Shown piece after piece: positions 1-12,959 of a stretch of DNA of 64,000 nt; position 1 is the first letter of the stretch; each line of letters opens with the position of its first letter. The stretch is from contig OZ038378.1 in the NCBI GenBank assembly GCA_964036045.1, positions 182,466,001 to 182,530,000 on the forward strand. Direction: 5' to 3'. A program made the position numbers and the translations under genes. The notes below the pieces were generated by a model. That model ran no database searches, was not told the origin of the DNA, and was given only the letters and a program-made list of their open reading frames with translations. Source of the stretch: Eutreptiella sp. 'Long Island Sound 2002'. Taxonomy: Eukaryota; Protista; Euglenida.

Positions 1-270
1 ATGTAGAGCCCACTATGTGCCATCTAGAGGCGCCAATGAAGCGGTGCACTAGGGGGTGGTCATCCCGAATGGCTAGCTCACCGGACACCCTAGGTGTTGC
101 CCACTAGAACCCCTTGCGGTCATCAATAGACTTCAACACCTCCAAAAAAACCATGTGTTAATATTTACATTAATTTCTCGAGATTAATAATAAGTTAATT
201 TTTCAGTCGGCGTTAATATTAACCGAAATCTGGATATTAATCTCGAGAAATTAACGCAAAAACGCAAAAA

Positions 271-1161
271 TTAACAAACGACGAATGGGCCACAAGCCTT
301 CAAGTTGCCGGCCCATATCGTTGCAAGTGGTGCCATGTCCTTGTCCCCGCACACGGCCATCCCTATCACCCACAAGTACGCGGGTGTGCGGCCCCGTGCG
401 CCGTGGTTGAGGAGCCCAATGGAGAGTTGGGTCCAACTACCACCGGCGCACGGGTGCACATCCCCACGCACAATGAAGGTGAGGGGCCTTGTCCAATCGA
501 TGGTGTCCACTTGCGATGGGCGTGATTGGACGTACCGGGCCCATGAGGGTAGCGGCCAAGAGCGCCCACTCGCGGGGGGATCGGGGACGGACACGGGTGG
601 TCGTAGGTCAAGGGGGGTGACCAACTCCTTCCACGTGCCCGTGAACGTATCCCGAGTGGGGATGGGGCGGGGGAACGGGAGGCCCGTTGCGGCCGTGTAG
701 GCCGGCCCCCGGCGGCTCATGTACTCCAACACGTGCCGGAAGCCGAGCTTGGGGACATTCAAGTCCATGAGGAGGCCGATGAGGTCCGGGGCCGGGAAGA
801 GGTGGGAGGCATATTGCTTCACCGCCTCCACTTGCTTAGTACGAATAAGGGAGGGGTAGCCAACCTCCATGGCCTCGGACCATCGGGATTGGGCCAAAGG
901 TGATGAGGCCACCCACTCACCAAGGAGTTGGGAGACCAAAGGGTCCCGCAAACTTTTGGCCCCACTCAAACGCACAAGCGTCATGTTAAGCTCGGTAAGG
1001 GTGTCCCGAGAGAAAGGCATAACAAGGGCTATACAAGGGAACATGGTGGTGTGGAGGGGGGGCAGAATGCGGGCAACCGGAGGGGGGTGTCCAAGGCACC
1101 CACCAACACAACATTGGAACCTCTCTACTATACCGTTGTGCAACAATATACCACGTAACAC
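271..1161 (-). mobile_element. Putative DNA-transposase fragment in an element with AT/TTAA-rich flanks
   Basis: 296-codon ORF lying between two AT-rich blocks (~155-285 and ~1210-1310). The blocks share inverted motifs (GGCGTTAATAT, ATTAATCTCG, GTTAATTTTT). The segment LTFIVRGD...WTQLSIGLLN looks like a beta-strand/first-Asp region of a DDE core (inference). Confidence 0.4.
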
Positions 1162-2554
1162 CCCTTATAGGTCCGCATATGTGCATGGAAAAATGGGTAC
1201 AAATGGCCCAATCGCAAAAATTTGACTTTAACCTCTTAATATTTGCGAGATTAATATATTAACGCCTTCATATATTAAAAATTAAAAATTAACATATTGC
1301 CTTTAATCTAGGTCACCGGGGGTATCAGCTCCCCGCGCCTTTTCTTGTGGCTGTTTGATGGACGGGCTGTTACACTTGCAGTTGGCAGGTGCACTTTACC
1401 ATTTTTGGTTCCCTGCTTGGACCCACTCACCCCAAGGTGTGAGGGGATCCTGGTGCAAGGCGTACAGTGCGTGCAGCGCGTAGGGCATACAGGGCTGGTT
1501 GAGACATGCAACAAGGAGGCACAGCACAGCAATAAATACTCAAAGGCACGACTTTGTTCATGCATCGAGACGTTCGTCAGGGTCTTGCTGTTGCCAATCA
1601 CTAGGCATTTCCTCATCTAGGGCATTTTGGTCCTTTTCTGCAGGAAGTCCGCGTCTATCCATGCAAGCACGGTCACTGTGCAGAAAAACTGCTGCAGCCA
1701 GACCATGACAATCAGCAGCAATAAAGGCCTGGTGGGCTGAACATGGCCCTTTTGGGGGCCCTGCTGTGCTCGAGTCGTCCCGATTGTGAGGACCTCTTGC
1801 CTCAGTGGAGGAGCTTCACCAAGAGGCTATACCTCTGATGGGGAAATCCCCGGGCCCTCCACAATCCATTTCGGAGAAGACCCTGGGCACATGGTACCCC
1901 CGCCCCACCTCCCTCACAAACAGCTCAGTCGAGGTGGTCGGTGCCCACAGAGGCCATGCCTCCACGTGACCCACAGGCAAGGTGGGGCCGTTACAGCGCA
2001 GTCACTGTCAGGACAAAGAGAAGTGTGTTGGGGCACAAGCTACTCTACACATAACCGAAACCCCTTTTCACGATAACCTGCTCGCAAAAGTGCGACCACA
2101 AACACTGCACTAGGGGGGGCAACCTGTTCAAATATAGCCACCCGACCGTGTTGAAGAACTTTTGGGGGCCTTGGGGCCACTCCATGTGTCGCTACGCTTC
2201 ACGAGGCTGGGGCTATCCCCATTCTGCATTTCCCAGGCTCGATCAGTGGATCACAGCGGAGGTGTACGGGCACGGGTGGGCCGTCTCCTCGCTTTTGTAC
2301 GCGACTCGCCCCCCAAGTAGAAGTGGGCCGAAGGCCCCTGGGGGGGGGGGGGGGGGGGGGGGGGCATTGGAGGGGGAGGTTCAGGGAGGGGCGATGGGGG
2401 GGGGGGCAGTCAGGAGGGTCGGTTAGGGGGGGGGGGTCCAGGTGGGGCAATTTGGGGTGGTGGGGGGGGGGGCTGGCACAAGGCCTTGGTGGTTAGCTCT
2501 GGGGGGGGGGGGGGCTTCGCTTACCTCCCCTTGCCCTCCCTCTAACCATACCAT

Positions 2555-2772
2555 CACCATAAACCTAACCCTAACCTTTGCAGTAACTTGGTTTGGCCAT
2601 GCCAGCCATGTTGATTGGGCTGAACATCATCCACCAAATTTCATTCATGGCTCCTTTTGCCACATCATTGCTCTCCATTTTGGACCCCAATACTCACTCT
2701 AACCCTAGCCTAGGGTGAGAGCTAGGGCTAGGGTTAAGGCTAGGGTTAGGGCTAGGGTTAGGGTCAGGGTCA
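2555..2772. repeat. Interstitial telomere-like repeats (CCCTAA / TTAGGG / CTAGGG variants)
   Basis: CCTAACCCTAACC at ~2568-2578 and a GCTAGGG/GTTAGGG run at ~2711-2770. A more degenerate run occurs at ~3905-3975. Confidence 0.75.
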
Positions 2773-3279
2773 CCGAGCTGGTGGAACCAGTCTTGGTTTT
2801 ATAACCCTTTTTAGTGTCTAGGGTGGACCTACCAGGTTTAGCACCAAGCAAGCAGCAAGCAAGCAGTAAGCAAGCAACAACACGCGCGAAATGGGGAAAA
2901 ATCAGAACTCCGTCATGGTGCTTTGGACTCGAGTGAAATTTTGGTGGATGATACCTATGGGTGTGAAGTACAATCACACAAAGTTTGAGCAAGAAACTCG
3001 ACGGTGGCGGCCGGGAACAGGATTCGCAAGTGGTGGACCTCGGTTTCAAAAACTGCAGTTTAGGGCCAAAAACAGCCATTTTTGGGCCAAAAAAGCCCTG
3101 GAACACATTCAAAACAGCCAAACGAAGGGAAACGGTGGGTACACTCCACGTGCGGCTTGACTTCCCCGTGTCAACGATCTCTTTGCGGCCCTCTAACTCC
3201 ATGATATGTCCCGGAAACGGCCCAAAAAGGCCCCCAGAAGCTCCAAATGCCGACAGCCACAAACCAAGAATAGGCCATA

Positions 3280-3420
3280 TCTTTGGCTAGATGGCTCAAA
3301 ATGCGATTCTGAGGGCACCTACTCCACCCGCAACCCCCCACTTTCTGTGGTTTCCACCCCTCAGAATTGCCCAAACGGACGCCTAGACCCCAATACCTAG
3401 GCCCACTAGGCTGCGGCAAG
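3280..3420 (+). repeat. Dispersed repeat, second copy at ~17355-17470
   Basis: GGCTCA(A/G)AATG...GAGGGCACC...CCACCCGCAACCCCCCACTT...CTAGACCCCAATACCT is present at both loci. Confidence 0.8.
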
Positions 3421-4905
3421 CTGCAAGATCAAGCCCAAACAGGTGGGTGCCCAAATGGGTCAACAGGGTCCGGCAGGGGCAAAAAGATGACTTTTCTCAA
3501 AAATGATCCTAGACCATGTGCGACACTAAAACAAGCGTTTTTGGACTGCTTTGAGCTTGTGGAGGCCCATTTTGGTCCTCCGAAAACCCCAAAATGCCTT
3601 GAAAATGGGCTGTTTTGGGACCAAAAATGGGTCAAAAATGGGTGAAAACCGCATTTTTCCAAACCTCATCCTAGACCATTTGGGGTGCACAAACGGGTGA
3701 AGTGAGCCCATTGTGAGCCCATTTTGGGGCATTTTGGCCTCAGAAGTCCAAAAAGCCTTGAAAGCGGGCCTCGTGGTGATGGGGTTCACTTGCAAGCTGA
3801 TTTCACTTTGTCAAGAGCCATCAATGTGTGAATCATTCTTGATGTCCCTCACCAGTCATAGCTGATGTTCCCTCCCCCACCAGCTCGGTCCCAATATTCA
3901 GTGTTGATTAGGGTTAGGTGTAGGGTTAGGAGCAGGCTGAGGGTTGGGATGGCGTTAGAGTCAAGGTTGGGTTCAAGGATAGTGTTGGGGTGCCCCACCG
4001 CCTGGGCGGGGAGGGGTGCTACGTGGGCAAGGGAAAAAATTTTCGGGCGCCTTCGGCGCCACCATATGTATGGCCGGCAGCTATTGACCCTTGGTAACTA
4101 AGTGGGCCCAGAGGGCAGGGAGGGGGGGGGGGGGTCGCATACCCGAACTGAGGAGACGGCCCCCCTGTGTGTACGGGCGGGGCACAGGGCTCCCTTCCAG
4201 ACCAGAGGTGGGAAAGAGTTGAGCAACTACGGGCAACATGCGGCGGGATGCAAGCCATCAACAAACCTGTGGGCGCAATCTGAAGCAGACCATTTTGTAA
4301 ACAGGAAGAACAGGTGAGTTATGTACTACAGCAGAACCAAGGCTTCGCATTACGGCAGGTTTTACTCACCACTTCCCTGAGCACCTGGACCTTCGCCGCC
4401 CCTCAGGTCTCTCATTGTTGATGTCAGTCGCTGTCCTTTATGGCTATCATGGGGTCAAGTCCATCAGCAACAAAAGGCAAGAGTTCAGCTGACATCGCAC
4501 ATGACACTCGCCCAAGAGGCAGAGATCGAACCCCACGGTTAACAATACCACTGAGCAGTCCTAAGCCCCAGGGGATCCTCCGTAATGCCTCCAGCCAGAA
4601 GGCATGGCTGATCGTTCGCTTGGTGCCCTCGGCACCTGCCTCTGCCTCTTCCTGCATAGCTGAAGCAAAGGTGGCAAAAAGCCGGCGGGTCTGGCAGCTG
4701 TCTGTGCAGGAAAATGCAGCTTTGGGTGCGGTGTACATAGGAGGCGGTGCACATAGCAGTCTGCAAACCAGCGGTAAGTTGAATGAAGCCACTTCGGAAG
4801 GGGACCTGGACTGTAGTAGTGCAATGTCAACTCCGTTCGTAGAAAGCTCAACAAAATCATGCCGTTGTATCTGGAAGATGTATTTCTTGTGGCAAGTCGT
4901 CCCCT

Positions 4906-6732
4906 TTATGGAATTCTGGCTTCCAAGTGCAGCTTCAGGCGCCGCAAATTCTTGGACTGCTCCTTGGCCACCATATTGATCAATGCCGGGGGCAGCAGGA
5001 ATTTCATGTCGATCTGGCCCACGTAGTACAGCATGCTGCCCCCCTGTTCCCCGGGCTCTACAAAATACCCAGCCACAAGCAATTCCCCTCTGACAGTAGC
5101 GAAAAGCCTGCGGGAGTCCTTGGGGACGTCTTTGTGAGTAGTGGACTGCCCAATGGAAATCGCAGTCCCCCCCGGCAGCGTGGTGGTGACATCGGCCCAC
5201 AGGAAATCGCGCTTGTGGAAAGGGGGCGGAAACCGGAACTGCGCCCATTTGACGGAGTGCTTTGCATCCAACCGCTCCACCAGCTTGGCACAAGTGCACA
5301 GTGGTTGAAGGAGTTTGGACACCTTGAGGAAGAGGGGGAAGGGGGGAGGGAGGGAGAGAGGAAAGGAGGGAGGGGAGGCGGGATTTGGGGTTGCAGTAAT
5401 GCCCAATTCTTCCTGTGAAACGCGATGACAGGTTCGAGGCCTCTTCAGGGGCAAAGCAAATCAACTGCAGCCCATTGTTGGGTGTATAATAGGCATTCAT
5501 GGAAAGTTGTTTGAGCTGGTGTGGTGTACTGCCATAGGCGCGGCGCCACATAATGTGCATGGTGTTATGGGGTTGAATGCATTGACTTGTACAATTGGAC
5601 GCTTCTCCACATCGACACATGTGATGGTTCGAAAGCTAGCCTTGCACTTTATTTGCCTCAAGACAAAAGGAGGGCAAGGAGGAAGCCAGAGGGACTTGGA
5701 AGTAGAGTTGGGGCGCAATGGTCGGTACTGATTGACTGAATGTCCCCGCCATAGACACAATCAGAGTTGGAGGGATATAGGGTAAGGGGTGAGAGGGAGG
5801 GAGGAAAGGGGCGGGAAGGGAAAGAAACCTCGGCGAACGTATCATCGTTCGTGATAAAGTGAAAAATCCTCTCCGCTGACGCCTGCACAGGGATTACGGC
5901 CTTCACAATGACGGCCGAATGCCCATCCTGTTTCCTCCACGAAATGACGAGGCCGTCAGCGCCCTGATAGGACAACTTCCACTCTGGCGCCTGCAGGTGC
6001 GTAAGAAATTCCGCAATTTGCTCCCTGTCGTGAAGCGTCAGAAGCTCGTCCGAAAAGGGCATGTCGGTGAGCGCAATGGAGAAGGGCAGCGCATCCGTGG
6101 CCCTCTCAGGATACCTGCGGGTTGCGGTGCTCCCTTCACTCCACAGGTGCCACCGTTCTTGTGGGGGACTGTGGAGTGTCAAGCCCATTACGCCAACCAT
6201 CATCCCAGCGACTACAGCAAAGACCATCATAACCCAATGTCGCCCTGGAAATTTTGGGACAGGTTGGAGGCAATTCTCACAGGCGGCAACATCAGCAGCG
6301 CCATAGGCAGGCAGCGGGAAAGGGTCACCTTGACATGCCGTGCCTTGGCTGGCACATGGCCGGTATGTGTGCTGGTTGCAGAGAGCTGGCGCAGTGCCCT
6401 CCATGCGTATGACCTGAAGTAGCGAGTGAGATGGCCACGGTCGTTTCAAACTCTGCTCGGACTGCAAGGTGCATAACAATCCGCAGCAAACCGAATGTTC
6501 TGCGGCCCAACTGCCCTGCTGCCGGGCCTGATCAACAACACTGTGCAGCATTATCTTGCTCCCCGCATACAGAGATAGCGCACGCCCAACATCAGCTCAG
6601 AAGGATACCTGCCGCCACACACCAAAAATGCGGCGAGCTGTCCCGAGGGCTGTCCTACCATGCCAAGGCGTTCCCGAAAGACTATTAGCCTGCAGTATAG
6701 GAGGTGTCCAAAGGGGGGTCAACACCCAAACC
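4906..6732 (-). CDS. START/StAR-related lipid-transfer domain protein with one TM segment (multi-exon; 5' end uncertain)
   Basis: Exons 6732-6609, 6413-5829 and 5322-4906 join in frame through GT-AG introns (CAG|gtatcc...ttcag|GTC; GAG|gtttct...caag|GTG). The product has hydrophobic VMMVFAVVAGMMVGVMGL. It then has START-like segments EWKLSYQGADGLVISWRK, VKAVIPVQASAERIFHFI, FRFPPPFHKRDF and GSMLYYVGQIDMKFLLPPALINMV. Stop TAA at 4908-4906. Confidence 0.85.
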
Positions 6733-9193
6733 CTGTAGATGAAGTCGACAATGGGTTTCAAGTGAGTGAGTTGGGGAGGGGGGTTACAGAGAGAGGAAGG
6801 GGGGCGGGGGGGGGAGAAAGGAAGGAGGGAGGGATGCACGGAGACAGAGTTACCAGTACACAGCGATGCACCCCCACCCCTTGTCCAAGCTACGCAAAAA
6901 AAGTACCAAATCAACGCGGTCCCTAACGCCTACTGCCGTGATACCAACCCAACACAACAGAAATGAATGGACATCCAGGTTCAAAATCAGAGGATTCCGT
7001 GGTGCGCTGGTGCAAGAAAGGGTCACCATAATGCCCAAACTACCAAATCAAGCTGCATGGGTTCCATTGGGCAAACACTGACAGAACAGATGTCTTGTGT
7101 GGCTGCACTACATTTGATACCAAATTAATATAGTCCCCGCACCTGCTGCAGCTTGGACACGACCGCAGCTTGCCCATTAAGCGATGATGGTTGTCACCCT
7201 CGGAATCACTCCAAAACCTCTCAGTCGTAGGTACGGCGCCCGAGGTACTTGCACAGATTGTCCACGATTACGGTCCAAGACTGTAGCTTGGCCATAGATC
7301 AACGATGGTCATCGCCCTCCGGAATCATTCCGGCACTCAGACCGTAGCTTGGACAGCCGGCTTTCATGGTTGAGGTGACTTGGAGATAGCACCCAGGACC
7401 CCGTCATTGGTTATAGAGTCCATACAGAAGAAAAAAGTGGAATGGGACCAGGGCACAGTGGCCACTCTTGGCAAACCAAGTTTTGCCCACCAAAGTGCAA
7501 CAAAGCCAAAAACGACACCTCTGGTCACACACAAGGCTTTCAGCGCCCCCCGCAGCTCCTCAAGCTGTGTTCATAGCCAAACAGTTCATGTCTTCTCAGT
7601 GACTCATATGTATATTCACAGGTGCAGGAAGGAAATCATATTAAGGAGCAATAGTCCATGGGGCTTCTGCCCATTCCATCACCCAGATTCACCCAAGGGG
7701 CAAGTCATGCGGGTATCAGGAGAGCTGCTGCCCTGTATGACAAGAGGCTCCTCCCACCGTCCTTTACGTTTGCTCACGGGAGGCCCGTCCATGCCTCGTG
7801 AGCTCAGCCGTGTGGTCAATAGACGGGGTATCTGCCTGCATGCTGTACAGCATGGTGGAGTGTCATGCATTGGATTCACAAGTGCACAATGCTGGCACCG
7901 GCACAGCCTACTCTGCCTAAACTACACGTCCTTGTTTACTCATGCCCTAGCTGTCCCCAAGATAGTTGTTTTCTATATTCTTACCTCGTTCTAATTCTAA
8001 ACCTTTTCTTTCCAGCCCTCACCCGGTCGTTGACATTTGTGCTATAATCATCTGAGTCATCAAAAAGGCAACACTCCACTAGTACCTACTCAGGGTCCGG
8101 CAGGGCCTGCAATGCTAAATAAACAAGTCGTGACACTGGGGACAGTGCTTCCACATCCCTTGAAGGTTGGTATCGGGCTAACATGGGCTCAAGGCCTAGC
8201 GCCCGCCACACTGTGTGTGGGGGGGGGGGGGGGTTACCATTTCCTAAGGGGTAGCCAGCACACTACATGGCATGGACATTGGAGAGGTACAACTCAAAAG
8301 GAGTGGCCAGTTCTAATCTTGACACCCAACCGGGTGCGAAAAGTTTTGGGGCTCTAGAGGTGGCCGCAATTGGTTAGGTGTGGAACCGCCACTTTCGCTC
8401 CAGCCGCGCCTGCCCCACGGCCTTCCTTGCGTAATTAGTGCTCGGTGCGGGCTTGTGGCCAGTGGCTTGCTTGCATTGTCCCGAAGTTCTAGTCCCTGCC
8501 TCCCTCGCTGGGGTCAGGGCTTTGGGTTCAGGGCTTTATTGCCTGGGTCACTCTGCCGCTTGAGTCCGGGGTTCCGTTCGTGACGTGCATTCGGTGTTCC
8601 ATGTTTGGGTTACTGCGCTTGAGGCGTGCTTGCTAGCACTGGCCTCACTTGGCCACACTCCCTTCACTCAGTGGTCACCAGGGCATGGAGGGCTGGAGGT
8701 TCGAGAGGTTAGGGGTCAGCCGCTTTGGTTGCTGCCACCAACCATGGCGAGTTACTTGGTCCTTAGGATTGAAAAACCCCAGTCGGTACAGGCTGTTTGA
8801 AGTTATTTGCAGAACATGCAACATTCAGTTGGGGGGGGGGGGGGGTAGTGTACCCTGTGGTAGGGGGGGAGGGGATTGTACGCCATGAGCCCGGTGTATC
8901 GCAGGACTCGGTGGCGCTATCAGCGTCCGACGCCGTGTCACGCTCTGGCGTCACACACCTGGAGTTCTCTGTGCTGCATCGGTTTGTTGACGTTGTATCT
9001 GAAGATGCCGGGCTGTCCGGCGCCGCGTCCATACTGAAAGGAGGGGGGGAGTCCATGGCCACCAAGCTCAGTGAGCCCACTAGGCTCCTTGACTCACCCG
9101 GTGTCATCGGAGTGTGGGGAGCTGGGGTCCGGAACGTGCTGCATGGTGGTCCCAAAGCCCTAGGGGTGCCTTCACCTCTTGCCTGTATTGTGC

Positions 9194-9560
9194 TCAGGGT
9201 TGGGGGGTATAGGGCTGGCAGCTGAATTGTGGCAAAATATACAGGCGTGTATGGGGGGGGGGGGGGGTTGTGGGGAGCAGATTATCTGGTGCTTTGATGT
9301 GTCCTCTCAGCAGCGGCCAGCGCCGGCGCCCCTCATCAGCGAAGGAGTCGGCCTTTTTGTTAGCACAAATACCAATATGGGATGGCACGTGCATCCACTG
9401 AGTTTTTGGGCCTATTTCGTCCAATATTTCCAGCACCTGCGTCCACAAATCGACATGGCACGCTGGCCCTCGTGTGGTCTGCCATTTTGACCATAGTGGG
9501 GTTGGAACCCACCATCCCAAATTCAAGCTTAGTACTTAGACCACTGCACTGTACACGCCG
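9194..9560 (-). mobile_element. RNase H fragment of a 5'-truncated retroelement (probably non-LTR)
   Basis: KWQTTRGPACHVDLWTQVLEILDEIGPKTQWMHVPSHIGICANKKADSFADEG matches the type I RNase H C-terminal motifs (W.T....V.N.DLW; W.HV.SH.G...N..AD). Confidence 0.85.
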
Positions 9561-11389
9561 GGTCTAGAGGTGGGGGGGGGGGGGGGGGAGGTGGGTCGGC
9601 CAGTCAACCGCCGGGGTCCCGGGGGGGGGGGGGGTCTATGGGTACCCCAACAAACATACGTGAAAATGATCCCCATGATGCACTGATCATTTTGAACATA
9701 CACAACCGGGGGTAAAAAAAGTTTTCAGAAAAAAATTGCCCATCAGTTCAGGCTCCCATCAGCCAAGGTGCGACCCGGAGGTCAGATCATGAGTCAAAAA
9801 AATTTGTGCTTTTCATCCATTTTTGAATTCTCCACAAACATTCTGAGTATTTTGAGTATAGACACATAGGGTAAAAAAAAATTGCCCCTTTAGGAGGCCA
9901 AAAGAATTTTCGGCGCCTTTGGCGCTAGCGTTTTCCCCCGAAATATCACATTGGAGAAAGACGGGTTCAAAAACTTTGGGGGGTCTAGAGGGCCATGAGC
10001 AACGGATTCTGGGCTCACACATGCCCCTGTGACACAGGCATATGGTTATAGCCGGGGGACCTTTGGGGGCCAACAAAGCCCCACGAAGAGGGCCTAGTTG
10101 GCCCCCCATAGCTTTATACGTACTTCCTTTGTGACCAAATGGTCATCCAACAACCACACAAGTGTCCTTGAGGACCGTCAAGCGTCTCTCATGCATTTTT
10201 CAGCCAACACATGTAGACCATTGTTCGTGGAAACGGTCATTTCATATCTTTCATACTAGCCACGACCGGCCCTAGGCAGGGCTAGAGGCCGCCAAAAACA
10301 TCCTTTTGTATCCTAGTATGTGTATATTGTCACAACATCCCCAGTTGCACCTCTGGAAGTGGGTATCATGGAGTCACTAAGGTCTCCAAAAGCGCTGACA
10401 TGACAAAAATAGCTGAAAACTGCATAAACGGGCACCGGCACTCTCCCCATTCCTCCCACATAATCCTATGAAGTTGGGAGCCGGAAACACATTTTTAGCT
10501 CAAAATTGAAAAAAACGAAAGGACTCATGATTTTGGACCAAAAAAGGCGGAGTCATTTTTGGACCCCCCCACCACCTACCCCCCACCCAGCCCCTCCCTC
10601 CCCCCCCCCTAAAAAAAGTGGATTTCGATTGGGGGGGGGGGGGGGTCCAAGGGGCTCCCAACCCAAAACTCATTGGGAAATGTGTTCATTGGTCAAAATA
10701 ATGAGTTTACAAGGGGTTAAACCGACGATTATTTGGGCCGCACTTTGAGCAACAGTACAAGAGACAATGATGGACACCGCAACCCCATATGGCCAAGTTG
10801 TTGCACTGTGTGCGCACTGCGTGTTGTGTTGACACAATGAAACCCAGCCAAGGAGGAAGGGAGGAAACCACCTTGCATTTATGCAGGCGTCACAAGGGTC
10901 TTCATATCCTTGGTGATTGGTGGCCATGGCTGAGCGCAATCTGTTGTTGCATGAGTGTGTTGGAAGATGGTGGCACCCTTTTGGGGACATGGACATTCCG
11001 CCTTGACCCGATTGAAGCCCAACTTGTAGCAACATGCACCACTATGTGGGCCGTTACCGATAAGCCATGCGACTGATTCGCAATGATTTGAGAGTGCGGA
11101 TGGAGGCTTCAAGTGCTGGCTCATAAAGAGAATCCACAAAGACATTGTTTCCAAGACATAGCAAGGCAATTACCATGAAGGTTGGAATCCGCTTTGGAGT
11201 GTGTAACAACCCACTTGCCAATTTGTTGCATTGTGAAATTGGTGAAAAAGGCCAAAACTTCAAGTAGTTGCCGACATACAAAAGTTGGCACTGCATGCAC
11301 AATGCATGCATGGCATTCCCTATGAGTGATTTTCCGGGGTTTCTACCCCCTCCTTCCAAGCTTCTTAAGTATCTGCTCATGTAATTGGG

Positions 11390-12862
11390 CGATAGGTACC
11401 TATTTTTTGGGCTGTAGGTACCTATCATTAGGCCTTAGGTACCTATCGTCTAGCCACAGATACCTATCATTTGGCCACGGGTAGCTATTGTTTCGTCATG
11501 GGTACCTATCCCTTGGCCATAGGTAGCTATCATTTGGCCATAAGTACCTATCATTTGGCCAGAGGTACCTATCTTCTGGCCAAAGGTACCTATCGTTAGG
11601 CCAAAGGTACCTATGGCTTGGCCATAGGTACCTATCATTTGGTCATAGGTACCTACCGCTTGGCCATAAGTACCTATCGTTTGGCCATATGTACCGATCA
11701 TTAGGCCATAGGTACCGATTCTTTGGCCATAGGTAGCAATCAATAGGCCATAGGTACGTGTCGTTTGGCAATATGTACCTATCTTCTGCCGTACATACCT
11801 GTCTTTTGGCCATAGGTACCCATCGTTTGGCCATAGGTACCCATTGTTTGGGCCTCAGGTACTTAGCGTTTGGCCATAGGCAATTGTCGTCTGGACATAG
11901 GTACCTATCTTTAGGCCATAGGTACCTTTCATTTGGCCAAAGGTACCTGTCGTTTGGCCATAAGTACCTGTCGTTTGGCCATAGGCACCTGTGGATTGGC
12001 CATAAGCGCCTATCGTTTTGGCCCTAAATACCTATCGCTTTGGTCATAGGTACCAATCGCTTGGCCATAGGTGCCTGTCGTGTGGGCATACATACCTATC
12101 GTTTGCCAATATGTACCAATCGTTTGGCCATGGTTACCTATCGTTTGGCCATAGATACGTATTGTTTGGCCGAAAGTTCCTATCGTTAGGCCATAGGTAC
12201 CTACCATTAGGCCATAGGTACCTATCGTTTGGCCGTAGGTATCTATCGGTTGCCCATAGGTACCTATTGTGTGGGGATACGTACCTATCTTTTGGCCATA
12301 GGTACCTATCGTTAGACCACAAGTACCTGTCGTTTGGCGATAGGGACATATCATTTGGCAATAGGCACCTATCATTTAGCCATGGGTACCTATCGTTTGG
12401 CCATAGGTAATGGCCAAAGGTACCTATCGTTTGGCCATACGTACCTATCGTTTGGCCATAGGTACCAAACGTTAGGCCATAAATACCTATTGTTTGGGCA
12501 TAGTTACCTATCGTTAGGCCATAGTTACCTATCGTTAGGCCATAGGTACCTATCGTTTGGGCATTAGTACCTATCGTTTGGCCATAGGTGCCTCTTGTTT
12601 GGGCATAGGTACCTACCGTTTGGCCATAGGTACATATTGTTTGGGCGGGGGTAGCTATTGTTATGCCATGGGTACACATTGTTTGGCAATAAGTACCTAT
12701 CGTTAGGCCATAGGTACCTCTCGTTTGGCCATATGTGCCTGTTGTTTGGGCATAGGCACCTGCTGTTGGGCAATACATACCTATCCCATAGCTACCTATG
12801 GTTTGGCCATAGGTACCTATCGTTTGGTCATAGGTACCTGTCATTTGGCCACAAATACCTAC
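11390..12862. repeat. 21-bp minisatellite, consensus ACCTATCGTTTGGCCATAGGT (~70 units)
   Basis: Continuous degenerate tandem array in one orientation. The ORF track shows the matching 7-aa periodic translations (IGTYGQT; HRYLSFG). Confidence 0.97.
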
Positions 12863-12959
12863 CCAAACCCAAGGGTGCCGCCGTGCAGCTGTAATTGTTG
12901 ATAGGCAAGACTCACACACGCTTAATTACATTTTTTTGTACGGATCCATGGTTGAAAAT

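Noticed and set aside
2335-2520. Poly-G tracts as a special G-quadruplex locus
   Set aside because: Such runs occur throughout the window, so this is a genome-wide trait, and their lengths may be affected by sequencing error.
4424-5620. 398-aa minus-strand ORF
   Set aside because: It overlaps the START exon in another frame and runs through its intron; no recognisable motif.
11450-12919. CRISPR array or genuine heptad-repeat genes
   Set aside because: There are no unique spacers and no cas genes. The ORFs occur on both strands and in several frames, as expected for a 21-bp repeat.
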